DNA of 64,000 bases from Candidatus Krumholzibacteriota bacterium (GTDB lineage: Bacteria; Krumholzibacteriota; Krumholzibacteriia; JAJRXK01). Position 1 is the first letter of the stretch; the number at the start of each line of letters is the position of its first letter. This document shows positions 33,919-44,138 of the stretch, in pieces. The stretch lies in NCBI GenBank assembly GCA_963806035.1, contig CAWDWO010000037.1, positions 27,323 through 91,322 on the forward strand, written 5' to 3'. The notes under the pieces are model-generated. The model ran no database searches. It was not told the DNA's origin and worked only from the letters and a program-made list of their open reading frames with translations. Position numbers and translations under genes: made by a program.

Positions 33919-34829
33919 AACGCCAGCCTTCATTCCCGTCGGGAAACCGTGTCGAAGCGCGTGTCGCCTGGCTGCTGGTGACGCCGGCTCTTCTGGGGCT
34001 GTTTCTTTTCGTCGCGCTCCCTTTCGTGCTGGCCGTGTTCATCTCGCTGACCAATCTGCGCCTCGGCGCTCCCTTGCCGCTGGAGTTCGTGGGGCTCCGC
34101 CAGTACCAGCGCATCCTGAGCGACCCTGCGTTCTTGCGGGCGCTCTGGAACAACTCGCTCTTTGCTCTGGTGGTGGTTCCGGTTCAGACCGCTCTTGCGC
34201 TGGCTCTCGCTCTCTTGGTGAATCGAAAGCTGCGCGGCATGGTCGTGTTTCGCACTCTGTTCTTCATGCCCGTGGTGTTTCCACTTTCTCTCGTGTCGGT
34301 GGTTTGGATTCTGATCTTCGCTCCCGGAGCGCACGGCACGATGAACGCGGTTCTTCAGTGGCTCAGCTTCGGAGCTTGGCACGCCCGTGATTTTCTGCGC
34401 GATCCTCATTTCGCCCTGCCCGCGATCATGCTCACCTCCATTTGGCAGGGCACCGGCTTCCAGATGGTCATTCTCTTGGCCGGCTTGCAGTCCATCCCCC
34501 AGCAACTCTACGATGCGGCGCAAATCGACGGGGCAAATTCCTGGCGGCGCTTCTGGAACATCACTCTGCCGCAGCTGCGCAATCCCCTGACCTTCGTGGT
34601 GATCGTTACCTCCATTCTCTCCTTCCGCGTCTTCGATCAGGTGCGCGTGATGACCCAGGGCGGGCCCGCCAACGCTTCGACGACCGTCATCTTCGAGGCG
34701 GTGCGCAGCGCCTTCGATCGCGCCGAGGTGGCCCAGGGTTCCGCAATGACCGTGGTGTTCTTCATCCTGGTTTTGACTCTCACGCTTCTCTTGCGCAGGG
34801 TTTTCAAACAGGAAGGAGAAGTCTCGTGA
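33915..34829 (+). CDS. Sugar ABC transporter permease
   Basis: EAA loop LAGLQSIPQQLYDAAQIDGA. Confidence 0.92.
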   Translation: MKRQPSFPSGNRVEARVAWLLVTPALLGLFLFVALPFVLAVFISLTNLRLGAPLPLEFVGLRQYQRILSDPAFLRALWNNSLFALVVVPVQTALALALALLVNRKLRGMVVFRTLFFMPVVFPLSLVSVVWILIFAPGAHGTMNAVLQWLSFGAWHARDFLRDPHFALPAIMLTSIWQGTGFQMVILLAGLQSIPQQLYDAAQIDGANSWRRFWNITLPQLRNPLTFVVIVTSILSFRVFDQVRVMTQGGPANASTTVIFEAVRSAFDRAEVAQGSAMTVVFFILVLTLTLLLRRVFKQEGEVS

Positions 34830-35692
34830 TGGTTGGCCAGGGCGGAAGACATCAGCGGTCGGCTCGCGGAGTCCTGCGCCGTCTCACGCTGTGGCTCGCA
34901 CTGTCGATTGCGGCCCTCGTGTGGATTGCACCGCTTCTCTTCATGCTGGTGGGGAGCCTGAAGCCCGACGCGCGAGTTCTGCCCGAGGCGGGCAGCCGCT
35001 GGGCTTTCATCCCTCGTGCAGCCTCGCTGGACAACTACCGGGACGTCTTCGCGCGCGTGCCTTTCCTCGTTTACCTGCGTAATTCGGCCTGGATCAACGG
35101 TCTCATCGTCGGTCTGGGTCTCATCGTGAATTCACTGGCGGGATATGCCCTGGCCCGTCTGCGCTGGCGGGGACGGCGAGTGGTCTTGACGCTGGTACTC
35201 GCCCTGCTCGTGGTGCCCTTCGAGGCGATCGCCGTGCCGCTCTTCTACCAGTTCTCCAGCATCGGGATGCGAGATTCCTTCACGGTGCAGGTCTTGCCCT
35301 TCGTCGCCTTTCCCCTCTCGATCTATCTCTTCTATTCCTTTTTTCTGGGTCTGCCCAGGGAGCTGGAACAGTCCGCCCGGGTGGATGGCGCCGGAGTGTT
35401 GCGCACCTTCTGGTTGATCATCGTTCCCAATTCCAAACCAGCATTCGCCAGCGTGGCCATCATCAGTTTTCTCTCGTTCTGGGGCCTGTACCTGTGGCCA
35501 CTCTTGATGACCACCGGACCCCAGGTGCGTCCTTTGCCGCTGGCCATTGCTACTTTCCAAACGCTTCCCCCCTTGCAGTGGGGCGACATTCTCGCTTTCG
35601 GGGTGATGATGGTTCTACCGGTGCTAGTAGTGTTCATCGCGTTTCAGAGTTGGTTCGTGCGCGGAGTGGCCAGCAGCGGGATCAAGGGGTAA
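34829..35692 (+). CDS. Sugar ABC transporter permease
   Basis: LPRELEQSARVDGAG; C-terminal FVRGVASSGIKG. Confidence 0.92.
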   Translation: MVGQGGRHQRSARGVLRRLTLWLALSIAALVWIAPLLFMLVGSLKPDARVLPEAGSRWAFIPRAASLDNYRDVFARVPFLVYLRNSAWINGLIVGLGLIVNSLAGYALARLRWRGRRVVLTLVLALLVVPFEAIAVPLFYQFSSIGMRDSFTVQVLPFVAFPLSIYLFYSFFLGLPRELEQSARVDGAGVLRTFWLIIVPNSKPAFASVAIISFLSFWGLYLWPLLMTTGPQVRPLPLAIATFQTLPPLQWGDILAFGVMMVLPVLVVFIAFQSWFVRGVASSGIKG

Positions 35693-35694
35693 TC

Positions 35695-36882
35695 ATGGCC
35701 GAAGTGAGCCTGAGAAATCTGGAGAAGAAATTTCCCGATGGAACCCTCGCCCTGCAGGCGCTCGATCTGGACATCCATGACGGAGAACTCCTGGTCGTAT
35801 TGGGCCCTTCGGGCTCGGGAAAGTCCACTCTTCTCAAACTCCTGGCCGGTCTGGAACAGCCCAGTGCGGGAGAGATCAAGTTCGACGATCGCTCGGTGGT
35901 GGGAATGGAGCCGCGCGAACGCAACATCGCCATGGTGTTCCAGAACTACGCCCTCTATCCGCACATGACAGTGCGCGAGAACCTGGAATTTCCCCTGAAG
36001 ATGGCGAACCGGCCGCGTGAGGAACGCAGAAAGCAAGTCGAGGAAACGGCGCACCGGCTGGGAATTCTCCCGCTTTTGGCAAAGAAGCCGCGCCAGCTCA
36101 GCGGAGGGCAGGCGCAACGGGTGGCCATGGGGCGGGCCATCGTGCGCGACCCGGCGCTGTTTCTGATGGATGAACCGCTTTCCAACTTGGATGCGAAATT
36201 GCGCGTGGAGATCCGCTCGGTGATCACGCAGCTACAAAGGGAACTCGCGACGACGACGGTCTACGTCACGCACGATCAGGTCGAGGCGTTGACCATCGGC
36301 CAGCGGGTGGCCCTGTTGCGCGGCGGGCGCTTGCAGCAGCTCGACGCGCCCCAGGTTCTCTACGACGAACCGGCCAACTTATTTGTGGCCGGTTTCTTGG
36401 GTAACCCCGCCATGAATCTCTTTCGGGCCGAGTTCCGCGAGGAAGCCCAGCGCATCCATTTGCGTTTGGGATCGAACACAGTGTCCCTCACCGCAAACGG
36501 TGGGCCGGGCGCATTCATCGAGCAGGCCGTGTACGCCGGACTCCGTCCCGAGAGTTTTGCCTGGACGCAGGAGCGCCCCGACTGGCCGCGGATCGAGGCG
36601 AGGGTGGGCGCGGTGGAAGTGCTTGGACACGAACAGCTCGCATACCTGGATGTCGAAGTGGCCACGCTCGATCCGCAGTCCATCGATCGGGGAGAGTCCC
36701 CACGCTGTCTGCCCGAGAGTGGAGGCGGACTGATCGCGCGGCTGTCCAGCCGTTACTCCGTCCAAGCGGGAAGCTCGCTTTCTTTGGCTTTGAACGAGGA
36801 GGCTTTCCACTGGTTCGACGCACGCGGCGAGGCCATAAGCGCTGAAAGCCCACAGAGATTGACCCTGAGTCGCTACGGCTAG
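35695..36882 (+). CDS. Sugar ABC transporter ATP-binding protein (MalK/UgpC family)
   Basis: GPSGSGKS, MVFQNYALYPHM, LSGGQ, DEPLSNLDAKLR. Confidence 0.93.
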   Translation: MAEVSLRNLEKKFPDGTLALQALDLDIHDGELLVVLGPSGSGKSTLLKLLAGLEQPSAGEIKFDDRSVVGMEPRERNIAMVFQNYALYPHMTVRENLEFPLKMANRPREERRKQVEETAHRLGILPLLAKKPRQLSGGQAQRVAMGRAIVRDPALFLMDEPLSNLDAKLRVEIRSVITQLQRELATTTVYVTHDQVEALTIGQRVALLRGGRLQQLDAPQVLYDEPANLFVAGFLGNPAMNLFRAEFREEAQRIHLRLGSNTVSLTANGGPGAFIEQAVYAGLRPESFAWTQERPDWPRIEARVGAVEVLGHEQLAYLDVEVATLDPQSIDRGESPRCLPESGGGLIARLSSRYSVQAGSSLSLALNEEAFHWFDARGEAISAESPQRLTLSRYG

Positions 36883-36955
36883 AGCCAGGCCGAAGTCCCT
36901 TGCGCTTCGCATCGCGAGCACCCTACAATGAAGTGCGCCCCTGATCATAGGGGAG

Positions 36956-37822
36956 GTGCCCATGCGCTCGATGACTTTCGCACTCGCGCTCTGTCTCGGC
37001 CTCGTGTCGTTCGCCTCAGCCGTCCATGCTCAGTCAATCTGGCTCAATCCCGAGCGTGAGGCCGGCTTCACCCTGGAGCTCTCCAAGCTCACGCGGGCGG
37101 TCAGCGCCGATTCCTACGATTTCGATTCCATTGCGATCTTTCTCGACACCAAGCTTCCTCTCACCGAGAAAAGCTGGCTCGTCGGCGACCTTCCTTTCGC
37201 GCACGTGCAAGGACATCCTTACACGCTCGTAGAAGCCGGTTATCCGCCGATCGACGGTTTCCCACCGCCAGAGACTCTGCCGGCCGAGAACACCCTGGGC
37301 AATCCCTACCTGGGAATCCGGCGTGAATTCGGGGGAGTGCTCAAAGCGATGGAGCTCGGGCTCAGTCTGCCCGTGGTCAACGAGGACAAGAACGTCGCGA
37401 TTGGCTATGGAACCGCGATCGACGTGGATCGCTACGGTTCCTTCATTCCGCACTTGATGACAGCGAGACTCATGGGCGAACTCTCGGGAGGGCATGAGAA
37501 CCAGTTTTGGCGCCTTCGTGTCGGGCCCACCCTGCTCGTTCCCACTGGGGACGACCGGGACCCACTGGACCTGCTAGTGCACGCTGGTGTGCAGACCGGG
37601 GTCGTGAACGAGCGACTTCGCGCTTGGGTGGGGTTGAATACCGTTTCCATGCTCACCAACGGCTCCTTCCTCGCCTACCATGACCAGACCTCGGTTCAGT
37701 TTGCTGCCGGAGCGGATTTTCGATTCCAAGCTGCGCAACCGGGCGTCCTGATCGCCCTCACGGAATTCGGCAACGAGGTGACGCTCGTCTACGGCCTGAA
37801 TCTCAGCGTCGGATTGCCCTAG
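36956..37822 (+). CDS. Hypothetical exported protein, possible outer-membrane beta-barrel
   Basis: Signal peptide (AVHA/Q) and amphipathic strands. Confidence 0.6.
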   Translation: MPMRSMTFALALCLGLVSFASAVHAQSIWLNPEREAGFTLELSKLTRAVSADSYDFDSIAIFLDTKLPLTEKSWLVGDLPFAHVQGHPYTLVEAGYPPIDGFPPPETLPAENTLGNPYLGIRREFGGVLKAMELGLSLPVVNEDKNVAIGYGTAIDVDRYGSFIPHLMTARLMGELSGGHENQFWRLRVGPTLLVPTGDDRDPLDLLVHAGVQTGVVNERLRAWVGLNTVSMLTNGSFLAYHDQTSVQFAAGADFRFQAAQPGVLIALTEFGNEVTLVYGLNLSVGLP

Positions 37823-37966
37823 GAGAGATTGCGGTCCACTTCTATTCGCGCTGCGATGATCCGCCGGACATTGGCGGCAGCGCAGGCTAGCGCTTGGCTC
37901 CTTCGCCAGCTTGCCCTTACACTGGTTCCTCCATTCGTCACGCTTCAGGTCTGAAGGAGATCGTCC

Positions 37967-40624
37967 ATGCCTCTCGAGCCCGGCTTACGTCTTGGTCCCT
38001 ATGAAATCGTCGAGCCACTCGGCGCCGGTGGCATGGGCGAAGTCTATCGCGCCCGCGACACTCGGCTCGATCGGACCGTCGCCATCAAAGTTCTTTCGGG
38101 GCACCTCTCGGCCAACCCGATGCTCAAGGAGCGTTTCGATCGCGAGGCGCGCGCGATTTCCTCGCTCTCTCACCCTCACATCTGCTCGCTCTACGACGTG
38201 GGCCACCAGGATGAGGTGGACTACCTCGTCATGGAGTACCTGGAAGGGGAGAGTCTGGCCGACCGGATCAAGGAAGGCCCGCTGCCGCCGGAACAGGTGA
38301 TCAACCTGGGAGCGGAGATCGCACAGGCACTGTCCGCCGCGCATCGCGCGGGCGTGGTGCACCGCGATCTGAAGCCGGGCAACATCATGCTCACCCGCGA
38401 GGGCGTCAAGCTGCTCGATTTCGGTCTGGCCAAAATGGGAGTGGAGCCTCAGGTCAGCGATTCTTCTCTGACCGTGCCCATCAGCTCGCGGCACACCGGT
38501 GATCCCCTCACGGTGGAGGGGACGATTCTGGGCACCTATCAGTACATGGCGCCCGAGCAAGTGGAGGGGAAGGAGGCCGACGCCCGCACCGACATCTTCG
38601 CGTTGGGTGCGGTGCTCTACGAGATGGCCACCGGACGCGCGGCCTTCAGTGGTGGCAGCCAGGCTTCCTTGATCGCCTCCATCATGAAAGATCAACCGGC
38701 TCCGATTTCTAGCATCCAGGAGATGACACCGCCCGCATTGGACCGAGTCGTTCGGGTCTGCATGGAGAAGGACCCCGAAGAACGCTGGCAAACCGCGCAA
38801 GATGTGGCATTGCAGCTGAGCTGGATCGCCGAAGGTGGATCGGCCGCTGGAGTGCCGCGCCCGGTGACGCATCGCCGCAAGAGTCGCGAGCGGATGGCCT
38901 GGATTGCGACAGGGATTCTGGCCGTAGCGCTCCTGGCGGTGGCGGCCCATGATTTTTCGCGTCCGAAACCCGAGGCGCCGCGTACCGTTCGCTTTCGCAT
39001 TCCCGCACCAGCGGGGATCATGAGCGCGGACGTGCCCAAGCTTTCCCCCGACGGACGCATCGTGGCCTTCAACGCGACCGACTCTCTTGGAACCATCAGG
39101 GTCTGGATCCAGCCGCTCGATGCTCTGACGGCACATCCCCTGGCTGGTACCGAGGACGCGCGTCGCCCCTTCTGGTCACCTGACTCCAAGGAACTGGCGT
39201 TTTTCGCGGGCGATCAACTCAAGCGCGTCGGCGTGGAAGGTGGCACCGTTCGTGTGGTGTGCGACGGAGTGAACGGTGCCGACGGCAGTTGGAGCCAGGA
39301 GGGGGTGATTCTTTTCGACGGGTCTGCCGGCGATTCCATTCGCAGCGTGCCCGCTTCGGGTGGGGTTCCGCGCGGCGCTTCGACGCTCGATCGCAAGGTG
39401 GGCCAAATGGAGCATGCCTGGCCGCACTTTTTGCCCGATGGCAAACACTACCTCTTCCAGGCGCAGTATGAGAATCGGACCGACAGTCTCTTCGTGGGCG
39501 AGCTGGGTTCGACCGAGACGAAACTTCTGGGTCCCGCCGCTTCACTGATGGGGTATTCCGATCCCGGCTACGTGCTGTGGGTGCAGGATGGGGCCCTTCG
39601 TGCGCAACGTTTGAACCTCGAGAAACTCGAACTGGAAGGGGAGCCCTTCCCCGTCACCACGCAGCTCAGCGTGGGAACCACTGGTTTGGCGAGCTTCTCG
39701 GCCTCGCGCTCGGGAGTCCTGGCCTACCGCAGTGGAGACACCGGTATGCGTCGCGCCGTCTGGGTGGATCGCAAGGGCAAGAAGCTGCGCACCGTAGGCC
39801 CTCCGGGATACTACAACCAACCGGACGTGGACCCCTCGGGGCATCGCATCGTACTCGAGCGCACGGATGGCGGGGCGGCAAAGCCGGATCTGTGGATTCT
39901 CGACGACAGCCGCGACGTGAGCACTCGCCTCACCTACGACCTTGGATCGGACACCGCTCCCGTCTGGTCCGCCGACGGCAAACAGATCGTTTTCGATTCG
40001 GATCGCAGTGGTCAGGATGATCTCTATTTGAAGAATGCCGACGGATCGGGACAGACCATCCCGGTGTGGCAAGACAGCACCGTCAAGTTTGTCACCGACT
40101 GGTCACGCGATGGCAAGACACTCCTGGTGCAGCGCCGCATGCCGGGCAGCTCCTGGGACGTCTGGTCCTGGTCACTGCAGGACAACTCGGGAGCGCAACC
40201 GGTGGTCGCCACGAAAGACCTGGAGGGGCAAGCACGATTCTCCCCCGACGGGAATTGGATTGCGTACGTCGCGCGCGTGGACGATCAGCTACAGATCTAT
40301 GTGCGATCCGCTTCCGCACGAGGGGGAAAGTGGCAGGTCTCCCTGGAGGAAGGGAGCGAGCCCGAATGGCGGGGCGATGGGAAGGAGCTGTATTACCTCG
40401 CCCTGGATCGCCGATTGATGGCGGTGGACATCGACACCTCGTCGGGCTTTCGTGCGGGCACCCCACATGCGCTCTTCCGCGCCAACGTGGCCGGCAACTA
40501 CGTTACGCGCAATCGCTATCGCGTCGCGAACGACGGTCAGAGTTTCCTCTTGCTCGCCGCGGATAGCGGTGTGGTACCGCCCATCACCGTGGTTCTCAAC
40601 TGGGCGGCCGAAATCCAAGACTAA
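37967..40624 (+). CDS. Ser/Thr kinase with TM helix and PD40/TolB-like propellers
   Basis: Complete kinase motifs; WSPD/WSAD/FSPDG repeats; C-terminal ITVVLNW. Confidence 0.92.
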   Translation: MPLEPGLRLGPYEIVEPLGAGGMGEVYRARDTRLDRTVAIKVLSGHLSANPMLKERFDREARAISSLSHPHICSLYDVGHQDEVDYLVMEYLEGESLADRIKEGPLPPEQVINLGAEIAQALSAAHRAGVVHRDLKPGNIMLTREGVKLLDFGLAKMGVEPQVSDSSLTVPISSRHTGDPLTVEGTILGTYQYMAPEQVEGKEADARTDIFALGAVLYEMATGRAAFSGGSQASLIASIMKDQPAPISSIQEMTPPALDRVVRVCMEKDPEERWQTAQDVALQLSWIAEGGSAAGVPRPVTHRRKSRERMAWIATGILAVALLAVAAHDFSRPKPEAPRTVRFRIPAPAGIMSADVPKLSPDGRIVAFNATDSLGTIRVWIQPLDALTAHPLAGTEDARRPFWSPDSKELAFFAGDQLKRVGVEGGTVRVVCDGVNGADGSWSQEGVILFDGSAGDSIRSVPASGGVPRGASTLDRKVGQMEHAWPHFLPDGKHYLFQAQYENRTDSLFVGELGSTETKLLGPAASLMGYSDPGYVLWVQDGALRAQRLNLEKLELEGEPFPVTTQLSVGTTGLASFSASRSGVLAYRSGDTGMRRAVWVDRKGKKLRTVGPPGYYNQPDVDPSGHRIVLERTDGGAAKPDLWILDDSRDVSTRLTYDLGSDTAPVWSADGKQIVFDSDRSGQDDLYLKNADGSGQTIPVWQDSTVKFVTDWSRDGKTLLVQRRMPGSSWDVWSWSLQDNSGAQPVVATKDLEGQARFSPDGNWIAYVARVDDQLQIYVRSASARGGKWQVSLEEGSEPEWRGDGKELYYLALDRRLMAVDIDTSSGFRAGTPHALFRANVAGNYVTRNRYRVANDGQSFLLLAADSGVVPPITVVLNWAAEIQD

Positions 40625-40625
40625 T

Positions 40626-40655
40626 GAGAGAGGCGGCCACGGGGCCGCCTCTCTC
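40626..40655. terminator. Hairpin terminator between convergent genes
   Basis: GAGAGAGGCGGCC-ACGG-GGCCGCCTCTCTC, a perfect 13-bp stem. Confidence 0.8.
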
Positions 40656-40694
40656 GTTGCGCTTGGAGTTTGGGGTGTCGCTTGGGCTCGCTCC

Positions 40695-42739
40695 TCAGCG
40701 CAACAGAACCAGCCGTTGAGTGGCTTCGAAGGTACCGGACCTCAGCTTAAGCAGATAGATTCCCCCGGCGACGCGCAATCCCCGTGCATCGCGGCCGTCC
40801 CAGCTCAGAGTATGATTGCCTTCGGGTCGAGTTCCGTTCTCCAGGCGGCGCACCACGCGTCCCTGAAGGTCGTAGACTGTCGCTTCCAAGCTAGCGCTTC
40901 GTGCGAGTTCGAAGGCGATGCTGGTGCGGGAATTGAAAGGATTGGGCCGGGCGGGGAAGAGAATCAGGTTCGAAGCGAGGGCCACTGGAGTTTGCACCCC
41001 GGTGGCGCCACTTCCCTCGGTCGTATGGACCGGGTGGTCCACCGGCACTTCAGCGTGACGATCATGCCGACCGCTGGGCCAATCGATGAGCAACGAATCC
41101 ACGATCGTTGCTTCACCAAGACCAAAGTGTACGATGGGACTCTGCTGTGAACCCCGCTGCGCCGTTGCCCACAGTTGGCGATAGTGGCGCACACCGTTGA
41201 TCTCGATGGTCACGCGCGTGCCCACTGCCATCCGGTTGCTGGGAGAAGTTCCCTCCAGGTGCAGGGTGATCCAGTGGTTCTCTGCGGCATTGATGCCGGA
41301 GTCGCCGTAGGCAATCGCGGTCCCTGGGCGGTAGACGTCCAGAATCCCATCCTTGTCCCAGTCACCGCTGATGATGTCGGTATCCAACAGGAGACCACAG
41401 AGCAATTCAGGGAAGCAGTCGCTGGGAGTGTGAAGCACCCCGCTCCCATCGTTACGGCAGATGACGGTTCCGGTCTCCGAGCCGCGTTGCACCAAGAGAT
41501 CCAGCCATCCGTCGTTGTCCACATCCCCCCACGCAAATCCCTGGGCGGTCGAGACCGAGGAGCCGTTTCGTTCGGGCAGGAGGGGATCGCCCACCAAGCG
41601 GCTGCTGTCCTTCACATAGCCCCCGTAGCCCACGTTCATCGCGATTTCCACGCCGTGACTCACGCTCGAAATCGCCAGATCCAGCCAGCCATCGTCGTCG
41701 AGGTCTCCCCAAGAGGCCGCATTGACACCGGCCATACTGAACGAGAGGACGAGCTCCCTCAGATTTCCCTCTCCATCGTTCTCGAAGAAGTGGGCACCAC
41801 TGAGGTCGACCACGCACAGGTCGGCATCCCCATCCAGATCGTGATCACCGAAATCGATGCTCTGGATCGAGTTGAAGGAGTTGAGGCACGCTCCACTCAA
41901 CAGGGAAAATCCTGTCGCACCGGACCTCTTCAGCGCGCGCGTTTCGCTGGCGCTCGTCACGAAGAGTTCGAGATTGCCGTCGCCATCGAGATCGACCCAG
42001 GCCATAGGGGAGGACGTCCGATCCAGAATCGCGCCGGGGAGCAATGGGGTTGACCAATTCACGCACTCAGGTCGGTGAAGCTGGGCGCTCCCTCGTTGCG
42101 CAGGAAGATGCGATGCATCTGATAGACATCCGCATCCCCATCGTTGTCCCAGTCTCCGAAGATGGCGCCGCTGCTGAGTTCTTGCAGGGCCGGCGGAGTG
42201 ACGTCCAAGAAGCTCCCGTCCAGTTGACGCGCGTAGAGCGTGGGATCATCCCCGTCATCGGAGACCGCGCCGAAGAAATCCAGCCGCCCGTCTCCATCCA
42301 GATCGGGAAGCGAGATTTCGTGCGTCACGTACTGATCGTTGATCGGCAAATCCTGCTGCAGGTAGTAAAGACTTCCCGAAGTGGCGCACTTCGCCAGACC
42401 CCAGGGACTGATGAGACCCGTGGCGTCGCGCGAGCGGGCCTGGAAGCAGTAGGTGTGTTCGGGGAGCAGATTGAATTGCCAGCACCCGCGTTCATAGAGA
42501 CCGACTTCCCAACCCGAACTGATGATCTCGCCCGTCGTCAGGTTGCGCACCTCGATCTCCAGGGTGGTGGGTTCCCCAAAGGGAAGGGTGGGGGTGACGT
42601 GGACGCTGGTTGTGCCCATGTGAATCGAAGCGATGGCGGGAGCGGCCAAAGCAGGGGTCTGGGGCACAGCAGAATTCGCCGAGCCCGCGGCCAGAGACCA
42701 CAGTAGGGCGAAGGAAAGCAGGACGGCCATGCGCTTCAT
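40695..42739 (-). CDS. Secreted FG-GAP/VCBS-repeat + ASPIC/UnbV protein with FlgD-Ig CTD; split near 42060
   Basis: DLDGDGxLD repeats on both sides of the split; SQQSPIVHFGLG; PNPFN...GIYLLKL...LVLLR. Confidence 0.82.
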
Positions 42740-43022
42740 GACGCCTCCTTCAAATGCACATCATGTTGGAACCGGGCGCGTGAACCGCCTTCTGTACTTG
42801 GGTTCACGGGGACACGAGAACGCACGAGCGCGTTCGGGACGGAGTCAGACTAGAACAAGACCTGATTCTCTTCAATAACAAACACAGATTTGCGCCCGGG
42901 AGCTGTGGGAATGCCGCCATGAAGCCGCAGATCGTGGGAAAATCGGCATTCCTCGCGTCCCACTGGACCTGAAGGGAGGGGGCGGGCTAAAATCGCGCTC
43001 CCCGGCGGAAGGACCCCCGAAA

Positions 43023-44138
43023 TTGAGTGAGCCAACGCGACAGAAGTCTGTCCCGGGCACCGGTAGGCTCGTGCTTCAGGACGGCAGCGAGTTTCGCGGT
43101 GAGGTCTTCGGTTCCACGCGCGCCAGCGCGGGAGAGGTGGTCTTTCAGACCGGGATGGTGGGCTATCCCGAGTCCTTGACCGACCCATCGTACCGCGGAC
43201 AGATTCTCGTCACCACCTACCCGCTCATCGGTAACTACGGCGTCCCCGCGCGCGGATCCGACGATCCCCTGCGCCCGGGTTTCGAATCGCAGCGGATCCA
43301 GGTGAGCGGTCTGATCGTGGCGCGGCACTCACACGATTTTTCCCACCGGAATGCTGCCAGTTCACTCTCCTCGTGGTTGACCGAAGAAGGCGTGGTGGCT
43401 CTGTCCGGGGTGGACACGCGCGCTCTGACGCAGCGACTTCGGGAAGCGGGAACGATGGCGGGCAAGATCCTGGTGGATGAGGAAGGCGATGAATCGAGTG
43501 TGGACGAGAATTCTCCCTTCGAGGACATCAACCGGCGCAATCTGGTGGCCGAAGTGAGTGTGAAGGAACCCATCCTCTACGGGAGTGGAAGTCGACGGGT
43601 CGTGCTGGTGGACTGCGGCGTGAAGCTCAGCATCATCCGCAGTCTCCTCGATCGTGGTCTGAGCGTACTGCGCGTACCCTGGGACCACGAACTGAAGGAT
43701 GAGGACGGTGACGCCATCTTCGTGTCCAACGGGCCCGGGGATCCCAAGATGGCCACTGCGACGATCGAGAATCTGCGGCACGAACTGCGGGGTTCTCGGC
43801 CAATCTTCGGCGTCTGCCTGGGCAACCAGCTCCTCGCGCTTGCAGCCGGGTGCAATACCTACAAGCTCAAGTTCGGGCACCGCTCACAGAATCAACCCGC
43901 CAAGGAAGCCGACAGCCCCCGCTGCTACGTCACCAGCCAGAACCACGGCTTTGCCGTCGATGGAAAGAGCCTGCCCGAGGATTGGGAAGAGTGGCTCGTG
44001 AACGCCAACGACGGAAGCAACGAAGGCATACGTCACCGTGAGAGACCATTTTGGGCGGTCCAATTTCATCCCGAAGCAAACCCTGGGCCGCTCGATACTT
44101 CCTTTCTCTTCGACCGCTTCGCGCAGGAACTCAGATGA
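43023..44138 (+). CDS. carA: Carbamoyl-phosphate synthase small subunit
   Basis: GEVVFQTGMVGYPESLTDPSY, SNGPGDP, FGVCLG, SQNHGF, QFHPE. Confidence 0.97.
   Translation: MSEPTRQKSVPGTGRLVLQDGSEFRGEVFGSTRASAGEVVFQTGMVGYPESLTDPSYRGQILVTTYPLIGNYGVPARGSDDPLRPGFESQRIQVSGLIVARHSHDFSHRNAASSLSSWLTEEGVVALSGVDTRALTQRLREAGTMAGKILVDEEGDESSVDENSPFEDINRRNLVAEVSVKEPILYGSGSRRVVLVDCGVKLSIIRSLLDRGLSVLRVPWDHELKDEDGDAIFVSNGPGDPKMATATIENLRHELRGSRPIFGVCLGNQLLALAAGCNTYKLKFGHRSQNQPAKEADSPRCYVTSQNHGFAVDGKSLPEDWEEWLVNANDGSNEGIRHRERPFWAVQFHPEANPGPLDTSFLFDRFAQELR

Noticed and set aside
42860..43022. PyrR attenuator upstream of carA
   Set aside because: No AGUCCAGAGAGG-like binding loop or terminator on the sense strand.
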